Positions 18,337 through 26,103 of a DNA stretch of 43,419 bases are shown here, piece by piece. Location: positions 1-43,419 of the IMG/VR virus record IMGVR_UViG_3300044630_003213, one strand, 5' to 3'. The stretch is from a virus. Taxonomy: Duplodnaviria; Caudoviricetes. Numbering within the stretch: the first letter of the stretch is position 1; each line of letters starts with the position of its first letter. Made by a program: the position numbers and the translations under genes. The notes below the pieces were generated by a model. It did not search any database, had not been told where the DNA came from, and saw only the letters and a list, made by a program, of their open reading frames with translations.

Positions 18337-18533
18337 AAACCACCCATTGGATTTCCTCCGACTTTGTATTCCGCGAGGTCAAAACCCTTCACAGTTACAT
18401 GGACGGATCCGTAATTCGTCCCGCAACACCCCAAGAGGCGGCAGAGTCCGAAGAGCAAGCGCGTCATGACGGCGGCTCCGGAGTGATCATCGCGGACATC
18501 GACGGAAAACCCTTTCCTTGCTACGTCGAATGA
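18333..18533 (+). CDS. Hypothetical early protein
   Basis: GTGA overlap start, 66 aa, IRPATPQEAAES motif. Confidence 0.6.
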   Translation: MKTTHWISSDFVFREVKTLHSYMDGSVIRPATPQEAAESEEQARHDGGSGVIIADIDGKPFPCYVE

Positions 18534-18622
18534 CCGACCTATTCCGCGCCCTTGGCTACCTCTTGCTTGGCGCTTTCTTCGTTGCCCTTATGGTCCTCTC
18601 CGCCCTAGCGGGCAACGGTTGA
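18530..18622 (+). CDS. Small single-pass membrane protein
   Basis: 30 aa MTDLFRALGYLLLGAFFVALMVLSALAGNG; ATGA overlap, followed by a terminator. Confidence 0.55.
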   Translation: MTDLFRALGYLLLGAFFVALMVLSALAGNG

Positions 18623-18644
18623 TAGTCGGCCACTCTCCCCCTTC

Positions 18645-18679
18645 GCCCCCGTATGGTTCGCCCTGCGGGGCTTTTCTTT
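18645..18679 (+). terminator. Rho-independent terminator of the plus-strand operon
   Basis: GC-rich stem gccccc...TTCG...ggggc followed by ttttcttt. Confidence 0.75.
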
Positions 18680-18859
18680 GCCCTGATCCTGTCTCCACTC
18701 GCCCCGCTATTCCGGAGCCCGCAGCGCCCCGATTGCGCCCCGTCTCGCCCCCTTCCTTCCTTCCTTCCCAGTCAACCCTACCCCCGGAGCCAGGTTTCGC
18801 CCCCCTAGGACACGCCATGTCCGACGGCTCCGATTTAACACAAGCGCCCGTCACTTATG

Positions 18860-19380
18860 TCACAATCGCCCGCATCCACTCTTCTGATTTATCACTATTC
18901 CCCAATCCTCCATAAGCCATACGGAATTCGGAATTCGGAAATTAGAAATGCTAATGCCCCGATACCTCATCATGGAGCGGGATCGAGTTGGCCAATCATC
19001 CGTGGGTGTGAATGGAGCGGCAGAATGGAGCGGTTTCGGCCCTTCCGTTTCCAGCCCCGCGGACCCCGCTTTCGCAATTTGATGCGGAAGCCCCCCCTCC
19101 AACGCCTCCTAGACCCCTTTCCGCTCCAGCGCTGGGCATCCACATCCATCCATCGGACCCAGCATTCCCGCCCCCCCTGCTCCCATCCTCCGGATCCCCG
19201 GATCCCTGCTTCCAAGTTTCGCAATCCGGAATCGGGGGTTCTCAAAAATTGCCGCCGAGCGCGGGGCGTCTTGAAACGCCCCCGCAGCGTCTCGGCGATG
19301 CTATTTTTGACTCCCTTTTAAGGGAGTAGTAAGACTCCCTTTTAGGGGAGATAGCGGGGGGGGCGCGGAACTTTCTGGGA
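18860..19380. other. Non-coding region, candidate replication origin
   Basis: TGGAGCGG occurs four times, tandem ggaattc repeats, twin gactccctttta hairpins, and a GC-skew inversion. Confidence 0.5.
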
Positions 19381-19407
19381 CCGTGATTGGAAGTTCCTTC
19401 TGGATAC

Positions 19408-19436
19408 TTGACGGGTGCCCCGGGAGAACGTACCTT
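19408..19436 (+). promoter_or_regulatory. Sigma70-like promoter
   Basis: TTGACG-17 nt-TACCTT, 9 nt upstream of ATG 19446. Confidence 0.6.
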
Positions 19437-19445
19437 GGTTCTCCT

Positions 19446-19985
19446 ATGAGTTATCTAGAGAACGGTTCCACCCTCCGCGCCATGTTCCGCCTGATGCCGC
19501 CGATGAGGCACGACGCCGACCCTACTCGGTCCGAGGTCGTGACCTACATTCGCGAGAATCTGAAATGCGATCTTGGCCGTGCGCTTCGTGCGTTTGATTC
19601 GATGCGCCACATGAAGAGCGCGGTATTGATATTCGATCGCATCCATCGCCAGTGGCGTGGTTGTGATTGGGTTCCTGCCGAGGAGGTGGACAAGATATCA
19701 CTATTGATGAGCACTGTGACAGAGCTGAAGCGTGATATATCATCATTGAGATCGGAGCTTCGGAAGGTGAAGGGCGAGGTTGTGTGGCTGCGTCGTCGCA
19801 AGGGAGGCAGGAAGACCGATGATGTGGCCGACTCGGAGGAGGATGATCTGGATTCGAAACCCCAACAGCAACAAGCCGCTCCCCCCGAAGAGAAAGCGGC
19901 TGATGGAGAGGACTGGTTTAAGGCTATGCGCGACGCCTTGGCTGAGGGCGATAAGGCTTCTCCTTCTTCAGCTCCGCTCCCGTGA
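19446..19985 (+). CDS. Hypothetical protein with coiled coil and acidic tail
   Basis: 179 aa with its own promoter; convergent with, and overlapping, the 3' end of the primase gene. Confidence 0.65.
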   Translation: MSYLENGSTLRAMFRLMPPMRHDADPTRSEVVTYIRENLKCDLGRALRAFDSMRHMKSAVLIFDRIHRQWRGCDWVPAEEVDKISLLMSTVTELKRDISSLRSELRKVKGEVVWLRRRKGGRKTDDVADSEEDDLDSKPQQQQAAPPEEKAADGEDWFKAMRDALAEGDKASPSSAPLP

Positions 19986-21780
19986 ACGCTAGGGGGTTGC
20001 ACTCCTCCCACTGGATGCCGGTGGCTGAGTGTTGAAGATTGAGAATGGGAGACGGGAGTCCAATCCTCCCTCCCCGCTTGCAGAAGGCTAGCTGGAAGCG
20101 CCGAGGCTTTGATTGGCCTACCTCATGGAGAACGGCTATCTCACGCGCCCAGTTGGCGAGTTCGGAGGAGCCGAAGCCTGAGTGGGCCAGTTCCATTGTG
20201 GTGAGTGGTTCGCCGCCATCCTTGCGTTGGGGCTTTGCTACATGGTGCATCCAGACCCAAGCGACCTTGGTCTCGTGGAGGATGGGTTGGAGTTTGTTGC
20301 GAAGGAATATCGACACCTCGGACTGATCGCTGAGGTCGCCTCCGAAGTAACTGAACAAAGGATCGGCCACGATAAGATCGATCTTGGAGCGGTGGATGAA
20401 GCGGCGGGCGTAGGCGAGGAACTGGTCACCGGTACGAACGGTCTCGGTCCTGAACTCCAGATTTTTCTGAAGCTGGTTCATCTGATCGAGACTGAATCTC
20501 TTATGCACCACCCCGCGGAATGCTTCGGCGAGGTCACCTTTGTCGTTCTCGGCCTGGATGACCCCAATCTTCAATGGCTTCACCGGCTTTATCCCGAAGA
20601 AGTCGAGGCCGAGGCACCAGCGGATGACGATCTGCATCATCAGGCTGGACTTCCCGATCCCGGTACCACCGCTGACGATCATGGAGGAGCCGCGGGTGAT
20701 CCATCGATTGCCGATCAGGTTGTCCGGATCGTTGTCCGGATCGAAGTCCATGAGGTCTTTGATGGTGACGACGGTGGCCTTGTCATCATCGGTCTCCCGA
20801 TCGGTGAGCCAATCTTCCCATGATCGAGCGCCGAGGTTGATGTCCAACAGCTTCTGCTTCTCTTCGCCCCGCCAAGAGCCGGGGAGCCGGGAGAAGCGCG
20901 ATGGGTTCTTGTTCTTGGGATCGACATCGGGGATTGCCGAGTAGATGAGGTCCCTGCGGGCGTCCCATTCCTTGCGGTTGGGGGCATCGACACGGACCCA
21001 TGCATGGATGGACTTGCCACCGGAGTCGATGAGGACGCTGATGGGGAGGCCCGAGGAGCGGAGGAGCTGTTCCTGCTCGGCCTTGGGTTTGGAATCGAAC
21101 TCCACCAGGACATGGCGGTAGGCGCTGACATCGTTGTCGGAGCCGCTGTAGAGGTTGGGCTTGAACGGGTTGATGCGGACGAAGACGCCATCGGTTCGGT
21201 CGCTGCGGAACAGGATGGACTCGGGATCATCGAAGCGAGCGATCCAGTCCTCGAGGGGAAGGAAGGAGCCGGCACTGATTGGCCTACCATCCTCGACCTG
21301 CTCGCAGATGCAGACCACCTCGGTGGCCGCGAAGGCGGATGTGAGGAACCGCTTGAACTCCGATGCGTCGTGCGAGGCCGGTATGGGGGCTGCGGGCGGG
21401 TTTGATGGCGCGGACGGCTCCACGGACCCCTCTGGCACCCGCAGAGGCTCCACAGGCTTTGGCCTACTGAACCGCACCCGTGTCAGATCTAATGGCTCAG
21501 CGGGGCTGCTTGCCGAGGAATTGGCGAGGTGTCCGCGGGGCTTGGAGTGGGACTTCTCATTGGCCTGTCGGATCTTGTGGAGGAGTTCGCGGTCCTGCCA
21601 AGGTGGCTGGCATGAGCGGTTCCAATCGGACAGGAGTGTGAATGCGTCTGTGTCTGATAGGCCGAAGCCGTGGACGAGGCCAACGGCGGCGGTGTAGGTT
21701 TGTGAGTGCCCTCCGGATCCGGAGATGGCTGGCGGTACCTTGGCGAGCCAAAGCGCCGCTCGTTCGAGGAGCGTTGTCAT
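19924..21780 (-). CDS. Primase-helicase (PriCT-like + AEP/RepB-type primase + AAA_25/RepA-like helicase)
   Basis: WNRSCQPPW..ELLHKI; LVEFD, DSGGKSIHAW and FSRLPG primase motifs; Walker A GGTGIGKS, LIVADP and HHVAK. Confidence 0.88.
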   Translation of the reverse strand: MTTLLERAALWLAKVPPAISGSGGHSQTYTAAVGLVHGFGLSDTDAFTLLSDWNRSCQPPWQDRELLHKIRQANEKSHSKPRGHLANSSASSPAEPLDLTRVRFSRPKPVEPLRVPEGSVEPSAPSNPPAAPIPASHDASEFKRFLTSAFAATEVVCICEQVEDGRPISAGSFLPLEDWIARFDDPESILFRSDRTDGVFVRINPFKPNLYSGSDNDVSAYRHVLVEFDSKPKAEQEQLLRSSGLPISVLIDSGGKSIHAWVRVDAPNRKEWDARRDLIYSAIPDVDPKNKNPSRFSRLPGSWRGEEKQKLLDINLGARSWEDWLTDRETDDDKATVVTIKDLMDFDPDNDPDNLIGNRWITRGSSMIVSGGTGIGKSSLMMQIVIRWCLGLDFFGIKPVKPLKIGVIQAENDKGDLAEAFRGVVHKRFSLDQMNQLQKNLEFRTETVRTGDQFLAYARRFIHRSKIDLIVADPLFSYFGGDLSDQSEVSIFLRNKLQPILHETKVAWVWMHHVAKPQRKDGGEPLTTMELAHSGFGSSELANWAREIAVLHEVGQSKPRRFQLAFCKRGGRIGLPSPILNLQHSATGIQWEECNPLAFTGAELKKEKPYRPQPRRRA

Positions 21781-21800
21781 GTCGTTGATTTGTTGCTGGA

Positions 21801-22067
21801 CTACGGACTGGTATCGAACGCGGACGAATCGTCTTGTTCGAGTGGCGGGCTATCCTTGGTGATCCATGTGTGGTAGGCTCGAGTCTTCTTTGGGTAGGAG
21901 ATCCACCCTTTCTTGATGCCGTATTCGATGAGGCGAGGTGCGTCCTCGATGAGCTTTCGGTTGATGTCGCTCATGGTGGTGCGTTCCTCTGCGGTCAATG
22001 GGGCTGGCTTCTTGTTGGTTTCAAGGCGGCATTCGTACCATGGCTGCTCGTGTCTTGGGGTCTTCAT
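21801..22067 (-). CDS. Hypothetical protein
   Basis: Likely start MKTPRHE overlapping the upstream stop. Confidence 0.6.
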   Translation of the reverse strand: MKTPRHEQPWYECRLETNKKPAPLTAEERTTMSDINRKLIEDAPRLIEYGIKKGWISYPKKTRAYHTWITKDSPPLEQDDSSAFDTSP

Positions 22068-22309
22068 GTGGGGAGGATGCGAGCCAGGATACAATTGCAG
22101 TAGGTACCCTTGGTTTTGGAGTTACATCGAGAATGATGCACAGGATTGGAGATGACGTGTGCAGTGAGGTCGCTCGTGAGCTTGACCATGTCAGTGAGAC
22201 GACTTGCTGCTTCGAGGCAGAGGGCTTGTGCGACTCCATCTGGTGATTCGATTTGGGAGCTGACGATCTTGAGTGCCGTTACGATGTCGTGTGTTGAGGA
22301 CTGGTTCAT
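22064..22309 (-). CDS. Hypothetical protein
   Basis: 81 aa; SQIESPDGVAQALCLEAASRL resembles the N-terminus of 24903..25232. Confidence 0.65.
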   Translation of the reverse strand: MNQSSTHDIVTALKIVSSQIESPDGVAQALCLEAASRLTDMVKLTSDLTAHVISNPVHHSRCNSKTKGTYCNCILARILPT

Positions 22310-22310
22310 G

Positions 22311-22574
22311 TTATTTCTGTTTGTGGATTATGATGCCGTTGCCCTTGGCGTCGGTGAGTTCGACTGATCGGACGTCTTCGAGACGGGCCAAGGTCTTGAT
22401 CATCTCGATGGGATCATGGGCTTGAGCGACGCAGGTGAGATGGATGTCTCCGTCGCCGTGGATCACTTTGAGGTCTTGCTTGGTACGATCCCTTGTAATG
22501 CGGATGGTCCGCCCCTCCGAGAGGCGGACCACCTTGATTGATTCAACGAGTGGGTATTGGTGACGGTTGCTCAT
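22311..22574 (-). CDS. Hypothetical protein
   Basis: Start MSNRHQ overlaps the upstream stop. Confidence 0.6.
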   Translation of the reverse strand: MSNRHQYPLVESIKVVRLSEGRTIRITRDRTKQDLKVIHGDGDIHLTCVAQAHDPIEMIKTLARLEDVRSVELTDAKGNGIIIHKQK

Positions 22575-22984
22575 GTTTGAAGGCCGCAGTGAGGACACTT
22601 CTTACCGCTGAATGATTCAAGCGGTTTGACATCAAGCCATTGGCAGAGGTCGGTGTAGGACTTGCGACCGAAGTTGTCCCACTTGAAAGGAGCGATCTCC
22701 CTAGATAGAACCGCGTTGCGAGCGGCCTCTTTGGATTTCAATTCGAGGAAGTCCATCAGCTTAGCGTTACGAACGCTGAGCCCGTAGGTCCACTTGGCCC
22801 GCTCGATATCGCGCTGCTGACCGGCTTTGATGATCTGATAGACCCGCTGCTTGGACATCTTGAAGTGTTCACCGATGAGACGATAGGTAAGCCCTTCTGA
22901 TCGCAGCTTGTTAACTTGATCGATTGAATCGCTGAGTTTCATGTATATTCGCTTCTTGTCCTTCTTCTTCTTACTAACTGCCAC
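22571..22984 (-). CDS. HTH (sigma region-4-like) fused to RNA polymerase alpha-CTD-like domain
   Basis: GLTYRLIGEHFKMSKQRVYQI HTH, then GLSVRNAK...NFGRKSYTDL; terminal CPHC. Start is GTG 22984 or ATG 22942. Confidence 0.7.
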   Translation of the reverse strand: MAVSKKKKDKKRIYMKLSDSIDQVNKLRSEGLTYRLIGEHFKMSKQRVYQIIKAGQQRDIERAKWTYGLSVRNAKLMDFLELKSKEAARNAVLSREIAPFKWDNFGRKSYTDLCQWLDVKPLESFSGKKCPHCGLQT

Positions 22985-23163
22985 TAACTCAAAGGTGTTT
23001 GTATTGCTCGGTACCTCTTCTGTGCTTTGTGGCACTGGACACACAGGCCGTGCTTGATTATGCATCCGCATCCCAAGCAATCGGCCAATTCGTGACATAA
23101 CTGTTTCCATCGTTGTAGTTCCTCTATTGTTGTTTGTTGTTTTTGCTGTTCTTGATGTTCCAT
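22984..23163 (-). CDS. Small Cys-rich protein
   Basis: 59 aa with CLGCGC...CVQC; overlaps its neighbours. Confidence 0.45.
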   Translation of the reverse strand: MEHQEQQKQQTTIEELQRWKQLCHELADCLGCGCIIKHGLCVQCHKAQKRYRAIQTPLS

Positions 23164-23369
23164 ACACATGACAGTGAGATGTTGTACTTTTTGGACAACT
23201 CTGGGTAAGTGCGTGACTTGTCCTCTTTCAGGATGGCATCCCGGATCTCGGTTGGAACAGCCGGCCACCGCCGGTTGATCCGAGGGTTCGGATCCTTGAA
23301 CGGAGTGACGTGGCCCACCATGCGAGACATGGACTCCTTGGTCAACCCCAATTGTTGAAGTATCGTCAT
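23124..23369 (-). CDS. Small HTH protein
   Basis: TYPELSKKYNISLSCVWNIK helix-turn-helix. Confidence 0.65.
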   Translation of the reverse strand: MTILQQLGLTKESMSRMVGHVTPFKDPNPRINRRWPAVPTEIRDAILKEDKSRTYPELSKKYNISLSCVWNIKNSKNNKQQ

Positions 23370-23378
23370 TTTCCCCTT

Positions 23379-23924
23379 CTATTCGCAGGTGTAGATTTTG
23401 TCGGTGGTTCGCAGGCCGGTGGGCCATTGAGGTTCGGTGAATGACTTCTCGATGAAGATGACCTTATCGGTGGGCTGGATGGTGAGTCGTTCGCCATCGG
23501 TTCGGATGAACATGAATTCCTTGGCTTGGTTGGGTTGTCGGCTCCAGCTATCGCCGATGGGAGCGGCGGTGAAGAGGTAGTCGCCGGTGATGATTTGATC
23601 GGCGCATTTGACCTGGCATTCGAGTCCTCGGAGGAAGGTGTACTCGATGGTGGTGAAATCGGTGCCGTAGCAGTCCCATCGCTGGGCTTGCTGAGGTGTC
23701 CATTCAAGCTCTGGATCGGAGCTGAATGTTATGGCGTGGGGTGGCACTGCCCGATAGACCGCTCCGCATTCGAGCATGATGGTGCAACCCCACATCCGAC
23801 CTGGGATGGATACTAGGCCGAACCAGACGCAGGGGATGAATGCTGTCCCGGATAATCCGAGGAAGGATGCTTCGACGAAGCAGTACTGATGGTGAGGCAA
23901 TTGGCCTGCTTGTGAGTAGATCAT
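23379..23924 (-). CDS. Conserved hypothetical phage protein
   Basis: 181 aa from ATG 23924; GAVYRAVP, QRWDCYG, YLFT and IQPT motifs. Confidence 0.75.
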   Translation of the reverse strand: MIYSQAGQLPHHQYCFVEASFLGLSGTAFIPCVWFGLVSIPGRMWGCTIMLECGAVYRAVPPHAITFSSDPELEWTPQQAQRWDCYGTDFTTIEYTFLRGLECQVKCADQIITGDYLFTAAPIGDSWSRQPNQAKEFMFIRTDGERLTIQPTDKVIFIEKSFTEPQWPTGLRTTDKIYTCE

Positions 23925-24106
23925 GGGTAGTCTGGTAGGGCTTTCTTGAGTTCGATCAGGGTGCAGTTGTCTCCGTCGGCCAGATGCCGATTGGCTTCGA
24001 GTGTGGATCGGATGGCTGTCTCCAGCCGCTTGATCCGTTCCTTGGCCTCCTCCAGTTCTTTCCAAGTCTTCACTGCGTCGATGGTTCTCATTTCTTCGAT
24101 GGTCAT
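23921..24106 (-). CDS. Small coiled-coil protein (ERIKRLE)
   Basis: 61 aa, ATGA-coupled on both sides. Confidence 0.65.
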   Translation of the reverse strand: MTIEEMRTIDAVKTWKELEEAKERIKRLETAIRSTLEANRHLADGDNCTLIELKKALPDYP

Positions 24107-24306
24107 GGTTTCTTCGTAAGTGACTTGATGTACTTGTTCCTCTGCCGTGGTGTTAGACCGATGATGTAATGTAGCACCTCAACCGCGTTGATTGAGTGGA
24201 GCAATTTCCAGTACGGTCTTGCGGCATCGAGTTCCTTCGCTCGCTCAATGTCCACAACCAGCACCTCGCTGGTCATGGTGTGTCGGTAGATGAATGCGGG
24301 ATTCAT
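24103..24306 (-). CDS. Hypothetical protein
   Basis: 67 aa, ATGA-coupled. Confidence 0.65.
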   Translation of the reverse strand: MNPAFIYRHTMTSEVLVVDIERAKELDAARPYWKLLHSINAVEVLHYIIGLTPRQRNKYIKSLTKKP

Positions 24307-24581
24307 TCCTCCTCCTTCACTTTGCCGGTAGATGGGTCAACGATTCCAAGACTGATGGCGTTGAATAGGATCGTGTTGCCGCAGGTACGACAGGAAACTA
24401 GTATCAGTGGAGCAATGGGCGCACCGGGGCAGTGGTTTCCTTCGTTGTATTGCTGAACCTGATGGACGCCAGAGATGTCCCAGCGGGTACTTTTAGAGCA
24501 GATTGGACATGGCTTTTTTCCAGTCCAGACTTCATTGAGCCTCCGAATTATGAGGCTATTCTGTGATTCATTGAGGTTCAT
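24303..24581 (-). CDS. Zn-ribbon hypothetical protein
   Basis: CPIC...CRTCG; start ATG 24581. Confidence 0.7.
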   Translation of the reverse strand: MNLNESQNSLIIRRLNEVWTGKKPCPICSKSTRWDISGVHQVQQYNEGNHCPGAPIAPLILVSCRTCGNTILFNAISLGIVDPSTGKVKEEE

Positions 24582-24781
24582 CTTCCCTCCAACCATTTCT
24601 CCAAGTCGTGGAGTTCAGCGATCTTGGCTTCGAGTTCTTTAATGCGGTCGTTGAGACGATTGAGTTCCATCACAATCCCCCGTGGACGTACGTCGCTTAG
24701 GGACTTACCTTCTGGAGTCTTGATGCTGAATCCATTCAGTGGAGGCATTCGTCGCAATACGATGTGGGTGTAGCGTTTCAC
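24578..24781 (-). CDS. Hypothetical protein with coiled coil
   Basis: GTGA-coupled; DRIKELE. Confidence 0.6.
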   Translation of the reverse strand: MKRYTHIVLRRMPPLNGFSIKTPEGKSLSDVRPRGIVMELNRLNDRIKELEAKIAELHDLEKWLEGR

Positions 24782-24906
24782 CGATTTACCTCCTTCAGTA
24801 TGAAGTAAGCCGAACCAGCAATCACAAGTGCAAGCCACAGTTCTGGATGTCGCTTGTGGAACTCCAGCTCATCTTTAACTAATTCGAAAAATCCTTTGAA
24901 TTTCAC
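24778..24906 (-). CDS. Small membrane protein
   Basis: 42 aa MKFKGFFELVKDELEFHKRHPELWLALVIAGSAYFILKEVNR, GTGA-coupled on both sides. Confidence 0.55.
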   Translation of the reverse strand: MKFKGFFELVKDELEFHKRHPELWLALVIAGSAYFILKEVNR

Positions 24907-25232
24907 GGCAACGGCCCTCCATTCTCCCACAGCAGCAGATCTGCTCGCATGGAGTCGTTCTCTCGCTCTAGTTGGGTGATGCGCTCACGCTGCGATGCGA
25001 TTACACCAGCAGTCACTTCAGGCCATTCGCTTGGATTGTTTTCATGCCAGCACTTGAAGTCGCTCGGCATGAGTGGCGTAAGAGCGTCATGCCATTGCTT
25101 GATGCGCATATGCTGCTCCGCTAGTCGCTCCCCTGCTTCAGCGATTGCTGCGTTGGCCGCGCCGTCCTCGGATTGAATATCCTGAGACAATATCCGCATG
25201 GCTGCGATTAGTGTTTCGGTTGATGTTCTCAC
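24903..25232 (-). CDS. Hypothetical mosaic protein
   Basis: GTGA-coupled start; coiled-coil segments. Confidence 0.65.
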   Translation of the reverse strand: MRTSTETLIAAMRILSQDIQSEDGAANAAIAEAGERLAEQHMRIKQWHDALTPLMPSDFKCWHENNPSEWPEVTAGVIASQRERITQLERENDSMRADLLLWENGGPLP

Positions 25233-25603
25233 AGCTTGGCTTCCTTGGCTTCGTGCCACATATCAACGTCATATCCATAGCTGAGTTCGTTAGCCATCAA
25301 GTCACCTGCTGTTTCAAGCGCGGCAACGTAGTCGTTGAGCTTTGAGATGCGCTCTTTCATCTCGCGCACCACAGCCACTCCTTGCTCGACATCATCGGTT
25401 CCAAGCAGTTCGCGAAACTCCTCGCGGAGCTTGTAATTCTGATCAGCCTGTCGTCGCGCCGTGTCGCGCTCTGCGATGAGCAGAGGGATGCGATCGTTGG
25501 CCGCGTTAAGTTCGCGTTCCATGAGCTTCATCTCACCTGCCAGATCGTACATGGTCGCGTGAGGTTTGAAGTACGCAGCATCCGTCCTCGGTGTATCGCT
25601 CAC
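25229..25603 (-). CDS. Hypothetical mosaic protein (SDTPRTDA...AKEAK)
   Basis: GTGA-coupled; paralogous termini with 25600..26103. Confidence 0.7.
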   Translation of the reverse strand: MSDTPRTDAAYFKPHATMYDLAGEMKLMERELNAANDRIPLLIAERDTARRQADQNYKLREEFRELLGTDDVEQGVAVVREMKERISKLNDYVAALETAGDLMANELSYGYDVDMWHEAKEAKL

Positions 25604-26103
25604 GGCTTGGCTTCCTTGGCTTCTGTCCAAATTCTCACTCTGGCCGCATATTCAAAGGGGCAGATTGCTTCATCCCCAGCTGCCTCCAGCCGCTTGATGC
25701 GGACATTCGAGTCATGCCGCTCTTGAGACACTTTGAGATTTATCTCGCATATTTTATTATTTAATGATTTCAATTGCTGCGAGGACTTCTCCAACCGCTT
25801 GATGCGTTCTAAAAGTAGAGGCACTTCGCGCTGAATCACTTTGCGCTGAGACTCTCCGAGTTTTGCTCCGAGCAGTGTTGCGATGGCGTTGGCGTCCCAT
25901 TCGCGTTCAACCTCCAATGCCGACTCCTTCCATTCCTCCAGCCGCTTGATGCGGTCTTGAAGCCGCAGGTTCTCTTCATCCAACAATTGCTGCTGACGGA
26001 TGATTGCATTGGACGCGGTGAGTTCTCGTTCAAGCCTCCTGCACAGCATACCGAGTTCGGCCACGTTGTGCGGTGTTGAATCTGATATCGGGGTGTCGCT
26101 CAT
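25600..26103 (-). CDS. Hypothetical mosaic protein (SDTP...RIKRLE x3...AKEAK)
   Basis: ATGA-coupled; three RIKRLE repeats. Confidence 0.7.
   Translation of the reverse strand: MSDTPISDSTPHNVAELGMLCRRLERELTASNAIIRQQQLLDEENLRLQDRIKRLEEWKESALEVEREWDANAIATLLGAKLGESQRKVIQREVPLLLERIKRLEKSSQQLKSLNNKICEINLKVSQERHDSNVRIKRLEAAGDEAICPFEYAARVRIWTEAKEAKP

Noticed and set aside
18920-19365. CRISPR mini-array
   Set aside because: The repeats are only 7-18 nt, irregularly spaced, with no spacer-length periodicity and no cas genes.
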